Origin: Paraspadella gotoi | Taxonomy: Eukaryota > Animalia > Chaetognatha | Reading direction: 5' to 3' | Assembly: GCA_051294375.1 (NCBI GenBank) | Contig: CM119268.1 | Coordinates: 919,218 to 983,217, forward strand | Length of the DNA: 64,000 nt | Shown: in pieces, positions 37,501 to 50,419 of the stretch | How the letters are laid out: each line of letters begins with the position of its first letter | Numbering within the stretch: the stretch's first letter is position 1 | Translations under genes and position numbers: made by a program | The notes under the pieces: generated by a model | What the model saw: the letters and a program-made list of their open reading frames with translations, nothing else | Told to the model about the DNA's origin: nothing | Database searches by the model: none

Positions 37501-39944
37501 AGTCAGTCAGTTTGACACTTTGAAATTTCCCTTTTCAACCAGGTTAAAGACATAAACTTCGGTAGGGGCGAACGAACTTTTGTCCCTTTGTAAAATATTT
37601 TCATTAATAAACCCAATTTAATTTTTTTTTGTTTAATCTGACAAATTGGATTAAAAAAAAAAAATCAGAGGATGGATAGATTTATATTATTATTATAAGA
37701 TTTTGAAGAAGAAGGATCTTCTTAATATTTTATAAAATATTATGTAGGTGTTAAGCTCGCAAATATATTGTTAACCCTAATAGTGACATTTCCACTCTTA
37801 TATAATCTTTCATACTTTGCCATTCCAACGCTCAACCCATTCGATATCTTAACTCTCGCCTGCTCAAAAAAACTTTTTTCTCTCCCTTCGAATACGTTTG
37901 ACCTTTTTTTTTCGGGACGACGTGGCGGGCGTGAGAAAACGGAAATCTTTCGTCGGTTATTGAACGACCGAAATGACGATAGAGAGAGGAGAGAGAAGAG
38001 AGAAAGAGTAAGTACGAGTGCGAGGCGAAAGAAATATCATTCCCTCTTTCAAAAAAAAAAAGGTACCCAGTGATTGGATCAGCGATAAATCGCAAAAAAG
38101 CGTAGAAAGAAAAAAAAGTTGGGTACTTAACTGGCAAATCTTTGTCGCCCTCCCCCGCCCACCGCGCCCACATTTCTCATCTTTTCGCGTGTGCGGCGAG
38201 ACCGGAATGGCCGATCGGTGGCCGTGATTTATGTTTAGGTCACGACGAAAAAGGGTGCGGCCTTATTTTTGAAGGATGGAAAAAAGACGACGACGATGAG
38301 CGACGAAAAAAAAAAAGCACGAGCAGTTTGACGATTCTCATTTTCACGACGAAACTGGATGGGGTGAGTGACAGGCGGTGCGGTGTTGTCTCAGAGTGAG
38401 CATGGGGGAGAGTGACAGGGCGGGGGTGTTGTACCAGAGTGAGATTCGGGGGAAAGAGTTGACAGGCGGGGGTGGTTTGGTACAGAGTAGATGGGAAAGA
38501 GTGACAGGCGGGCGGTGTTGTACAGCAGTGAAGATGGGGCAAAAGAGTGACAGCGGGGGCTGTACTGTACTGATGTGGAGATGGGGGAGAGTGGACAGGC
38601 TGGGGTGGTTTGTACAGAGTGGGATGGGCGAGAGTGACAGGCGGGGGGGTGGTTGTACAGGAGTTGGGCATGGGGATGAGCTGACAAGGCGGGGGTGTTG
38701 TACAGAGTGAGATGGGGGAGAGTGTGAAGTGCTTGGGGTGTTGTACAGCGGTGGGATGGGGGAGAGTGACAGCTGCCGACGCAAAAGCCTCGTTTCCCAT
38801 CGGTCCGTTTCCTTTCGATCTTGTGTTCAAGGTCGTTTCAAGGTCACGACCTTTTTGAATCCGACCCTACAATCCGAAAACTGATTGGCGCTGATTGGCC
38901 TCCCTGATTGCTTCACTCTCGACTTTTCGCTTCGGCGTCTCCTCCATATTTTTTTTTACAATATGCGTCGTAAAAAAATAATCCTGATCCGATTTGTTTT
39001 TTTGACGTCGCGTCTGGGGTCAAATTTTTAATGTTTTTTTTTTTACTCTTTTTCTCTTTCGCCGATTTCGCCGATTTGCTTTTTCCACACGGACACCTCA
39101 GAAGCGGACGACGGACGGACGGAATTTTTACGTGGCGAATTCGCCATCAATGGATTATATGAGCGACGAAGGTTAATAGGCCACAAGATCATTGATTAAA
39201 AAATACTCGAAAAAGACGCGAAGAATGATAGAAAATAAAATTAATTCGGCGCAACTAAAACTAGAATAATATGTTAAAAAAAATTAAAAAAGGTTTTGAA
39301 TTGGCTACAAGAATATATCGAGAATGCAATGGCACCGCTCCATGAATCGCGAATTCCGATTCCATTCTTTGATCTGATTCCATCTTCGATGGCACAAACA
39401 CCGAAGAACATCACTCGTACTACCAAGTTAAAAAAAAACAAACCGGAAGACGAGACCCGACGCTTGAAGACACGAAGGTCGACGTGGCACCAGCGAACTT
39501 TGGGAGAAACAAAAAAAACCCCAGATGTCAAAGTAAAACTGGATTTTGGTTTTTTCCTTGGATTCATCTTTTTTTTCATCTCCATCTCGCGTGGTCGACA
39601 CACAATAAGTTACACAATAAATAGGTTAAATAAAAAAAATCATATATTATATGTAATGAACACTCGTAACACTAAGCAGTCGAAAATGTACAATAATAAA
39701 AATAAATTGGTATTACAACGAATTTTTCGTTTCACTTCTCTAAACTATATAGTAATAAAATATATTTTTAAATGTTCCGTGAGCTTATCTATGAGAATAA
39801 ATCTTAGAACAAAGTTTTGATAAGGGATATGACAACGATTTTTATTTCTAAAATGAAACGGACATGTTTCGACTCAAATACGAGTCTTCTTTTGCGCGAA
39901 TTCGATGTGTGAATTTGAGAGTGAAATTTTGTGTGTGTGTCTCT

Positions 39945-40402
39945 CTTCCCCACCTTCTCAATTCCCCACCCTAATCAATTACCCACTTCTCAATTCCCCA
40001 CCCTCTCAGTTCCCCCCTCTCAATTCCGCCACTCCTCAAGTTGCCACCACCCTCTCAATTCCCCACCCTTCAGTTGCCCACCGCTTATTCCCCACCCTAC
40101 TAATCTCCCCACCCTCTAAATTCCCCACCCTCTCAATTCCCCACCCTCTCAATTCCCCACCCTCTCAGTTCCCCACCCTCTCAATTCCCCACCCTCTCAG
40201 TTCCCCCACTCTTCAGTGCCCACCCTCTCAATTCCCCACCCTCTCAGTTGCCCACCTCTCTAATTCCCCACCCTTCTAAATTCCCCACCCTTCTAAATTC
40301 CCCACCCTCTAAATTCCCCACTCGCAGTTCCCACCCAGTGCCCACCCTCTCAGTTTCCCACCCTCTGCAATTCCCTACCCTCTCAATTCCCCACCTCTCA
40401 AT
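39945..40402. repeat. 16-bp minisatellite (CCCCACCCTCTCAATT)
   Basis: Tandem units. Confidence 0.92.
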
Positions 40403-42206
40403 TAGACTCCCAAAATATCATACATTTATGAAAGTTCCTGATACCTGCAAGTTTCTTGTGTCAAATTTAGTGGAGAAAAACGAAAATCACAATAAAAAAA
40501 ATTTTCTGGATGCTCAATTATGGATTTTTCCCACGCTAGTTTTTTGCGTCGAACACTATTCCGGTTTTTAAAAATTCCAGGATTTTTTGGAAAAAAATGA
40601 AGCTGTTTTCAGCCCAGCAATACTTAAATTATTCAAAATAAAGTTACCGAATAACCTTAATATTACATTTTTTGTTTGTGTTTATAAATTAGGTTATAAA
40701 AATATAAATTACAAAAAGGCTTCAAAGTTAAAAAATTCATAATTTTTTTTTAAGCCAAATTGCGCCCTAATCAAAACTACTCCACTAATTTTTAAGAAAA
40801 TTTTACTAATCTGGTTAACACAAATAGAACTGTCAAAGGGATTTTAAATCTTAATCTTTAAACCCAAGATATTGACCTTTAAAAGTTTACCAAAGTGATG
40901 CAAAAATAAAGTAGCAAATAAGATGGAAGGCGACTTGGCCTTTGCAGCTAGCAAGCCTCTTTCACTCAACGCCTAACGCCTTAAACCGGCCCTAAACAAC
41001 CTTTAAATCTTAATCAGTTCCTAGCTTTGGGATTATCTCAACCTAACCCAAGCCCCTAACCTTAACGTGAAACTTCTTGTCCTTACCCTAAAGTCTGAAT
41101 CTTACCCGCAGGCAACCTTTCCCTCGGTAACGCTTAACCCAAGCTAGGATGTACTTTCTGCTGAACCTTAACCCAAAACCAGTACCCTGATCCAACTCTT
41201 ACCAGTTTCCCTGGCTGTAACATCTGCAGAGAGCTCACTTCCTCTAGCCCTAACCCTTAACCTAAGGCCTCCTGTTTTATTCATGCCAGAACCCTAACCT
41301 GCATCACTTAAAAAGGACTATCCACCAACCCTCCACTCACCTGAGGTTCACCTCTGAGCCTCAACTGAGGCTTCCCTGGCCGTCATAGGCCATCAATAAG
41401 GCTAAACTTTAATCTTTAATTCCTTCCCCAGTAGCTTTCCCTAAACCTTAACGCAAGCTTCTTATCTTTTCTGAGCCGCGTCTAAACTTGCCAGCTTAAA
41501 TCATAGCAACCTGGCCAAATGATAATTTTTGCTGTTTAGCTTGTACTTAAGCTCTGTACCTGGGACATTAAGAACAGGGTTGAGGCTTGCCAAAAGAATA
41601 AAAAGGCCTGGGCTAGGTTTAGGTTTGGAGGAGAGGCTAAGGGTTAAGGAGTGAGTGGGAGGCTTGCTATGCCACAAAGGCCATAGCGCCTTTTATCTAA
41701 TTAAGCTTCTTTTTTTTGCTCATTTGCGCAAAACCTTTAAAGGCCAATATCTTGTGCTTTAAGGATATTTTAATATTTAAAATCCCTTAAGAATTCTATT
41801 TTGGTATAAACCAAATCATACTTTCTTATAAAATCTTATTAGAATTTGTCAGGGGAACGATTTGGCTTAAAAAAAACTAATAATTTTTTAATTTTACAGT
41901 CCTTTTGTAATAATAATTTTTAAACGGCTTATTTATAACACAACAAAAATGAGTATTTAACGGTTATTAATAATTTATTTGATTAATTTAAGTATGCTGG
42001 CCTGAATAACAGCTCATTTTCTCAAAAAATATTTGAAATTTTTAAAACCGGAAGTGGTACGACGCAAAAACTGGCGTGGAAAATCCATCAAGAGCATTCG
42101 GGGAAATTTTTTATTGTGGATATTCGTTTTCTCCACTAAATTTGGAACAAGAAACTTTGCAGGTATCAGGAACTTCCAAAAATGCATGGTATTTCTGGGA
42201 GCTCTA
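40403..42206. mobile_element. Non-autonomous foldback-type DNA element with ~580-bp imperfect terminal inverted repeats, copy 1
   Basis: The left arm (TAGACTCCCAAAATATCATACATTTATGAAAGTTCCTGATACCTGCAA...) is the reverse complement of the right arm (...TTGCAGGTATCAGGAACTTCCAAAAATGCATGGTATTTCTGGGAGCTCTA). Homology continues inward to GCTAGCAAGCCTC / GAGGCTTGCTA. No transposase ORF. Confidence 0.75.
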
Positions 42207-44613
42207 CTCTCAATTCCCCACCCTCTCAGTTTCCCCACCTCTCTCAGTTCCCCACCCTCTCAGTGCCCACCCTCTCAATGTCCCTCACCTGTCTTCATCA
42301 ATCCCCACCGCTCTCAGTTCTCTCCATCTCTCTCTAGTTGGCCCACCCTCTCAATTCCCACGCCTCTCAGGTTGCCCACTATTCCTCTCCGCTCATTCCC
42401 ACCACTTCCTCATTCGCTCTCGCATGTTCCCGGCCACCGCTCTCTAGTTGCGCCACCTCTTCATAATTGCCCCACCCTCTGCAAATTCGCCAGCACCTGC
42501 TTCAAGTTGCCTCACGCGCTTAAATTCGCGCCACACCCCTAAATTCGCCACCCTCCAATCCCGGCACCCTCTAAATTCCCGCACCCCTCTGCATTCCCCA
42601 CCCTCTGCAAGTTCCTCACCAACCGTCCGCAGTTACCCCACCCTCGGCAGTTCCCATACCATCGCAGTTATCCGCCCCCGCTCGCAGTTCCCACACCCTC
42701 AGTTCGCGGCCTCCCTCAGGTTCCCACACCCTCTCATATTCCCACCACTCTTCATTCACTCATCAGGCCACTATGGCCGACCGACTGCGTCAATTCCCCC
42801 ACTCTCAATTCCCCACCCTCGTCAGTCGCGCCCACTCGTTCGTCCCACTCTGTGCAGTTGCCGCACCGCTCTCAATTCACCACTCTTCAGTTGGCCCACC
42901 CTTGCTAAATTCCCACCCTCCGCCAGTTCCCCACCCCCTCTCGTTGGCCCCAACACCTGCTACAATTCCCGCACGTTCCTCTCAATCGATCACGTTTCCG
43001 CACCCCTCTCAGTTGCCCACGCCTCTCAATTTCCCGCAACTCCTCTCAGTTCACCAGCAGCGCCAATTCCCACCGTCGTCAGTTCCCCACCCTCAGTCAG
43101 TCTAGTGCCACCCCCTTCAATTCGCCCACGCCTCGCAATTCCCCACGCGGCTCTGCTAATCCCGCACGCCTCAGGCAGTTCCCACTCCCACCCTCGCAGT
43201 TCCCCACCTTTCTCAGTCCCACCCTCGAGGTTCCGCACACCACTCGCAGTTCCCCCCCTCGCAGGCAGTTCCCCACCTGGAGTTCCACCTCGCAGTTCCC
43301 CGCCCCTCACAGTAGGCCACAAAGTTCGCCACACCTCACAGTTCCCACCGCTCTCAGAATTCCCCACCTCTCAGTTCCTCACCGCTCTCAGTTCCACCTC
43401 CTTCCCGCCTTCATCAGTTCGCCGCCACACGCTCTCTCATATCCGCATCCTCCCACGCCTCTCAAGTTCGCCCACCCTCACTCAGTCCAACTCCATCACC
43501 CTCCAATTCCCCACCCTCTTTCAGTCCGCAACCTGACTCATAGATTCCGCCACCCTCCTCATTGCCACTCTACGTTCTGTCACCCTCGATCGTTCCCAAT
43601 CCTCTCATTGCCACCCTCTCTATTCCCCACCCTCTAAATTGCCGCACACCCCTCTCAACCCCACCTATCATTCCCACCTCTCTCATTGCCGCACCAACCC
43701 TCTCAGCGTCCTCCACCCTCGTCATTCCCCACCTCAACCGCGCCACAGCTCATTGCAGGTACCCCTTAATTCCCTACACGTTCAATTCCCCCCTTCTCAT
43801 TCCCACCGCTCTCATCAGCCACCCTTCGTCCCACCCTCTCAAGTTAGCCCCACCCCTACAGGTTCCCCACGCTCTGCATTCCCACAACTCTCAATTCCCC
43901 ACCTCTCAGATTCCCAACCGCTCTCAGTTTCCCCACCCTGCTCAGTTCCCGGCCACGGCCTCGTCAGTTCCACCGTCCTCTCAATTCCCGCACTCCTCTC
44001 TCATTTCCCACACCGCTCTTCCAGTTTCCCACGTCCTTTTCAATTCCTCCACCCTTTCAATTCCCCACCCTGTAGTCAATTCCCGCACCCTTGTCAATTC
44101 CCCACCTCTCAGTTCCCCACCCTCTAAAATTCCCCACCCTCACAATTTTCGGCTACCAAAGCGAAAATTTTAAGGGAGAAAGAGGATTCTNNNNNNNNNN
44201 NNNNNNNNNNNNNNNCCCCCCTTCTCAATTTCCCCACTCTCTTCAGTTGCCACCCTCTCAATTCCCCACCCTTCAGTGCCCACCCGTTAAATTCCCACCC
44301 TCTAATTCCCCACCCTTCTAAATTCCCCACCCTCTCAATTCCCCACCCTCTCAAGTTCCCCACCCCTCTCTCTCCCACCCTTCAATTCCCCACCCTCTCC
44401 AGTTCCCCACTCTCTCAGTTGCCCACCCTCTCCATATTCCCCACCCTCTCAGTTGCCCATCCCTCTAAAATTCCCCACCCTTCTAAATTCCCCACCCTCT
44501 TAAATTCCCCACCCTCTAAATTCCCCACCTCGCAGTTCCCCACCCTCTCATGCCCCCCCTTTCGCCCACCCTCTCAATTTTCCCCACCCTCTCAATTCCC
44601 CACCCTCTTCAAT
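42207..44613. repeat. 16-bp minisatellite (CCCCACCCTCTCAATT), heavily degraded read-through, with a 25-N gap at 44191-44215
   Basis: The same unit is recognisable throughout. Source of the 362-aa Pro/Ser-rich pseudo-ORF. Confidence 0.88.
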
Positions 44614-46396
44614 TAGACCCTCCCAAAATATCATACATTTATGAAAGTTCCTGATACCTGCAAAGTTTCTTGTGTCAAATTTAGTGGCGAGAAAAACGAA
44701 AAATCACAATAAAAAAAAATTTCTGGATGCTCCATTTATGGATTTTTCCCACGCTAGTTTTTTGCGTCGAACCTACTTCCGGTTTTAAAAAATTCCAGGA
44801 TTTTTTGGAAAAAAATGAGCTGTTTTCCAGCCCAGCAAATACTTAAATTAATATCAAAATAAAGTTACAATAACCTTAATATTACATTTTTTGTTTGCGT
44901 TTATAAATTAGGGTTATAAATATAATTCACAAAAAGGCTTCAAAGTTAAAAATTCATAATTTTTTTTAAGCCAAATTGCGCCCTAATCACAAACTACTCC
45001 ACTATATTTTAATGAAATTTTACTATCTGGTTAAAAAATAGAACTGTCAAAGGATTTTAAATCTTAATCTTTAAACCCAAGATATTGACCTTTTCAAAAG
45101 TTTACCAAGTGATGCAAAAATAAAGTAGCAAATAAGATGGAAGGCGACTTGGCCTTTGCAGCTAGCAAGCCTCTTCACTCAACCCTAACCCTAAACCGGG
45201 CCCTAAACAAACCTTTAATCTTAATCAGTTCCCTAGCTTTTGGATATCTAACCTAACCCTAGCCCCTAACCTTAACGTGAAACTTCTTGTCTTACCCTAA
45301 AGTCTGAATCTTAACCCGCAGGCAACCTTTCCCCTAACCTTAACCCCAAGCTAGGTGTACTTTCCTGCTGAACCTTAACCCAAAACCCAGTCCCTGATCC
45401 AAACTCTTAGCCAGTTTCCCTGGCTGGTAACATCTTGCAGAGAGCCACTTCCTTAGCCCTAACCCTAACCTAGGCCTCCTGTTTTATTTCATGCCAGAAC
45501 CCTTAACCCTGCATCACTTAAAAGACTATCCACCAACCCTCAACCTCAGCCTGAGGTTCACCTCTGAGCCTCAACTGAGGCTTCCCTGCCTTCTGGCCAT
45601 CAATAAGGCTAAACTTTAATCTTTAATTTCCTTCCCCAGTAGCTTTCCCTAAACCTTAACCCAAGCTTCTTATCCTTTTCTGAGCCGCGTCTAAATTGCC
45701 ACTTAATCATAGCAACCTGGCCAAATGATAATTTTTGCTGTTAGCTTGTACTAGCTGTACCTGGACATTAAGAACAGGGTTGAGGCTTGCCAAAAGAATA
45801 AAAAGGCCTGGGCTAGGTTTAGGTTGGAGGAGAGGCTAAGGTGTTAAGGGTGAGTGGGAGGCTTGCTAGCCACAAAGGCCAAAGCGCCTTTTATCTAATT
45901 AGCTTCTTTTTTTTGCTCATTTGCGCAAACCTTTAAAGGCCAATATCTTGGCTTAAGGATATTTAATATTTAAAATCCCTTAGAGAATTCTATTTGTATA
46001 ACCAAAATCATTACTTTCTTATAAAATCTTATTAGAATTGGTCAGGGACGATTTGGCTTAAAAAAACTAATAATTTTTTAATTTTAAGTCTTTTGTAATA
46101 ATAATTTTTTAACCTTATTTATAAACCACAACAATAAATTAAGTATTTAACGGTTATTAATAATTTTATTTTGATTAATTTAAGTATGCTGGCCTGAATA
46201 ACAGCTCATTTTCAAAAAATATTTGAAATTTTTTAAAACCGGAAGTGGTACGACGCAAAAACTGGCGTGGAAAATCCATCAAGAGCATTCGGGGAAATTT
46301 TTTATTGTGATATTCGTTTTCTCCACTAAATTTGGAACAAGAAACTTTGCAGGTATCAGGAACTTCCAAAAATGCATGGTATTTCTGGGAGCTCTA
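44614..46396. mobile_element. Foldback-type long-TIR element, copy 2
   Basis: Near-identical to 40403-42206 apart from indels. TA dinucleotide at both ends. Confidence 0.75.
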
Positions 46397-46430
46397 CCTC
46401 TCCAATTCCCCACCCTCTTCAGTTCCCCAA

Positions 46431-48092
46431 CTAAAAGGATCCTCAATAGACGTGGACAGCAGAAAATTTTTTCCCATCCTCGCTTACCCAGCCCTAACGA
46501 CTACACTAAGGAATCCTCCAATAGGGTGGACAGCAGAAAATTTTCCCAGCCTCGCTAAACCCAGCCCTAACGGATACCACTAAGGATCCTCAATAGGGTG
46601 GACAGGCAGAAAATTTTTCCCAGCCTCGCTACCCGCCCTAACGACTACACTAAGATCCTCAATGGGTGGACAGCAGAAAATTTTTTCCCAGCCTCGCTAC
46701 CCAGCCCTAACGAACTACCACTAAGGATCTCAATAGGGTGGACAGCAGAAAATTTTTTCCCAGCCTCGCTACCCAGCCCTAACGACTACACTAAGATCCT
46801 CAATAGGGTGGACAGCAGAAAATTTTTCCCAGCCTCGCACCAGCCCTAACGACTACCAACTAAGGATCCTCAATAGGGTGGACAGAGGAAAATTTTTTCC
46901 CAGCCTCGCTTACCCGCCCTAACGACTACACTAAGGATCTCATAGGGTGACAGCGAAAATTTTTCCCAGCCTCGCTACCCAGCCCTAACGCACTACACTA
47001 AGGATCCTCAATAGCGGTGGACAGCAAAACATTTTTCCCAGCCTCGCTACCCAGCCCTAACGAACTACACTTAGGATCCTCAATAGGGTGGACAGCCAGA
47101 AAATTTTTCCCAGCCTCGCTACCCAGCCCTAACGACTACACTAAGGATCCTTTCAATAGGGTGGACAGCAGAAAATTTTTCCCAGCCTCGCTTACCCAGC
47201 CCCTAAACGACTACACTAAGGATCCTCAATAGGGGTGGACAGGCAGAAAAATTTTTCCCAGCCTCGCTACCAGCCCTAACGGACTACACTAAGGATCCCT
47301 CAATAGGGCTGGACAGCAAAAATTTCCCCAGCCTCGCTTACCAGCCTAACACTTACACTAAGGTATCCTCAATAGGTGGACAGCAGAAAATTTTTCCCAA
47401 GCCTCGCTACCCAGCCCTAACGGACTACACTAAGATTCCTCAATTAGGGTGGACAGCAGAAAATTTTTCCCAGCCTCGCTACCCAGCCCTAACGACTACA
47501 CTAAGGATTCCTCAATAGCGGTGGACAGCCAGAAAAATTTTTCCCCAGCCTCGCTACCCAGCCCTAAACGACTACACTAAGGGATCCTCATAGGGTTGGA
47601 CAGCAGAAAAATTTTTCCCAGCCCGCTAGCCCAGCCCTAACGACTACACTAAGGGATCCTCAATAGGTGGACAGCAGAAAAATTTTTTCCCAGCCCTCGC
47701 TACCCAGCCTAACGACTACACTAAGGATCCTCAATAGGGGGTTTGAGGGGACAGCAGAAAATTTTTCCCAGCCTCGCTACCAGCCCTAACGACTACACTA
47801 AGGATTCCTCAAAGGGGTGGACAGCAGAAAATTTTTCCCAGCCTCGCTACCCAGCCCTAACGACTACACTAAGATCCTCAATAGGGTGGACAGCAGAAAA
47901 ATTATTTCCCAGGCCTCGCTACCCAGCACACTAACAGACTACCACCTAAGGATCCTCAATAGGATGATGCGGACAAGCAGAAAATTTTTCCCCAGCCCTC
48001 GCTACCAGCCCTAAACGACTACACTAAGATCCTAATAGGGTGCGACAGCAGAAAATTTTTCCAGCCTCGCTACCCAGCCCTAACGACTACAC
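46431..48092. repeat. ~70-bp satellite, about 23 copies (TAAGGATCCTCAATAGGGTGGACAGCAGAAAATTTTTCCCAGCCTCGCTACCCAGCCCTAACGACTACAC)
   Basis: Head-to-tail units with no unique spacers. Variation is mostly random indels. Confidence 0.95.
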
Positions 48093-50246
48093 CAGAACGC
48101 GCCTATGGTGATTCATAAAAGCCACCAGCCCACCCACCTCCGAAATTTTGATTCATTTATAAAGCCAAACATAAATAGTTTTGGTTTTCCATTGTATTTG
48201 ATGATTTCAAACATAGCTAAGTATTCGTTTTTACGTTATACCTAAAATATTTTTACTTGATTTATATTTTTGTTTAAAATATGAAGTATATTATAATATA
48301 AAAAAGAAGAAATTAATTTAAAATAAAAATATTTAAGGTTAACGGACTCATGATTTTTTTAATAGTTACTGCAATATGTAAAATTCATATTTTAGTTAAA
48401 AACCATTAGAAGATTGAGTCTATAGGGAACTAATGTAATAATGAATGATTTTAGAGAAAAAGTTTATTTTTTTTTATACATTAACGGACATTTATAACGA
48501 TTTATAAAATCACCACAAGCGTCCTGAGTCTATGTAAGATATACATGTTAAAAGTCCAGGAATTAGTTTTATTAAGCCGATAATTTTTTTTTTAAGATGT
48601 TTGCTAAATAAATCAAATTCGTTCTTTTATAAATAAAACTCGTTGGAAGAACTTTCCCGGAAGATTTTTTTTGTCTAGATTCGACCTAAGTAATCAGCGT
48701 TTTTGGTTTGATGTTACTAACAAAACAAAAAGAATAAATTCATAAAACTAAGTTTGGAATTTAAAAACTTGAGAAGCAGATTTGATTTGATTTGATTTTT
48801 TTTTAAAGGTCAAAAATAAATCTCAGCTACTTTTGTTCTATTCTGTCTCTCTCCTCCAGACAGACTGACTTACTCCGGCGTCGCAGGTTAGGAATGGCTT
48901 GTCATGAAGGAAGGCTCAATTGTATCTTGACAAGACTTTCAAACGTCTGATAAACATGGAACATCAGAGCGAATAGGCCAAAGGGCCAAAACAAATAATT
49001 GAAAAGGTCGAATCATAAAAATTGTAAATCAGACCAAAAATCCAGCATAAATCGAGAAAAAATCTAATATCTCTCTCTTGGCTCTCTCTCTCTCTCTCTG
49101 TCTAATGTGCCGACTCATTTTTCTTCCATCAAACACCTGAGAGTCTGCTAGTCTTCGTTGGAGAGAGAGAGAGAGAGAGAAGAGCTCCAGCTTTACAAAT
49201 ATGAATCTTAGAAATTAATGTATTTTAAGTCTTTTTCCTTACTTGAGAACCCGCTCCACGTTTGAGCCGAGATGCGTCTTGCTTCTTGTTAAAAATTGTT
49301 TTCAAGTTAACTCGCGTAATTGTTGGCGCGGCTTATACATAATTTTTTTCACAATGAAATAAGAAAACTTTTACAATGAAATGATAAAATTCAATCAGCT
49401 TGTTTGTCGTAATAAAAAAAAAGTATTTTTTTTCTTTCTTGAAATCTGATTTTTCAAAGTAACGACACTTTCTCCTTTGAAGTCATCTTTCTCGGCAATT
49501 TTAACAAATTTCCCTCCTTTTTCCCGCCGCTTCTCTCCCCCCCTCAGCCCCTCTCCCCTTTCCGCCCCCCTCCGCCCCCCCACATTTTCTCTTCCTTTGT
49601 ACTCTTTTTCCCTTAAAAGTCCTTGGTACTTTGGTGGAAACAAATTTTTCTGTCTCAAAGTTTGTTCCCAACTTTTCCCTTTTTTTTCTTCTTCTTTTTC
49701 CGTAACCTCTTTTTCTTTGACGCTTTCTGTCTCTCTCTCTCTCTCTCGCTCGCTCGCTCGCGCTCTCTCTCTTTCTCTCACTATTATTCTTCCCTGGAAC
49801 TTTTTTTTCCTCTGTATTTTTTTTCATTTCCTTGGCAACGGACGCGAGTAAAGAGTCTCGCCAAAGACTTTGGGTCTCACGAGTTGGAAGATTGGGGGGG
49901 AAAAGTGTGGGGGGAGAGAGTGTGGTGAATTGTGAATTATGTGGGGTAGAGATAGCGGAGGTGAAGAGGAAGAGGAAAAGGTGAGTTTAGTCGAATTTCA
50001 TGGTGAGAGTAAATTTTTTTTCTTTTGCGAAGGTAAGGGTAGAAGGTGAAAGCGTTTTGAATAATTCTGCTCGAAAAAAATGGGTCACGTGAATTCATCC
50101 CCAAATTTTTGTTCAACTGTGAAAGACCCAAAAAAACTTTACATGAAAGACGCAAATATGAAAAAAAAGACCCAAAATAGGTTTTAATTTGAAAGATTTA
50201 ATATTTAACAAATTGGTTTAAAAGAATTATAGATTTTAAGATTTAT

Positions 50247-50419
50247 TTATGAAATTGGTACAACCAATATAAAAATTATCCATTAATAACCTATCTTCGG
50301 CCTGACTTTGGACAGGCTTTGTTGGTTTAAGGCCTCCATCACTCTTACAAGATAATGACATAGCAAGTCCCTGCAAGCTTCAATCGAGACTCTCTCACAA
50401 TCTCGTTTATTCACTCCCA
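50247..50419 (+). repeat. Dispersed repeat family B, longest copy
   Basis: Extends through GATAATGACATAGC...CTGCAAGCTTCAATC...TCTCGTTTATTCACTCC, shared with 52034-52201. Confidence 0.8.

Larger units (their letters stand above)
30925..39985 (+). repeat. Tandem duplication of ~4.4 kb (about 30925-35295 and 35296-39985), probably an assembly artefact
   Basis: Colinear along its full length. The second copy is about 300 bp longer through dispersed 1-2 bp insertions. Confidence 0.9.

Noticed and set aside
39296-39820. 174-aa ORF
   Set aside because: The frame is not preserved in the other copy of the duplication (34615-35140), so it depends on indel noise.
42160-42206. CAG|G TAT CAG (R-Y-Q) as the start of Pez exon 4
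   Set aside because: It continues ELPKMHGISGSS with no FERM similarity and lies in the foldback TIR. The similar RYLQ at ~52149 lies in repeat family B.
42448-44173. 362-aa and 203-aa Pro/Ser-rich ORFs (mucin- or extensin-like)
   Set aside because: Noisy copies of the 16-bp satellite.
46431-48092. CRISPR-like regularly spaced repeats
   Set aside because: Units are head-to-tail with no unique spacers, there are no cas genes, and the context is eukaryotic. It is a satellite.
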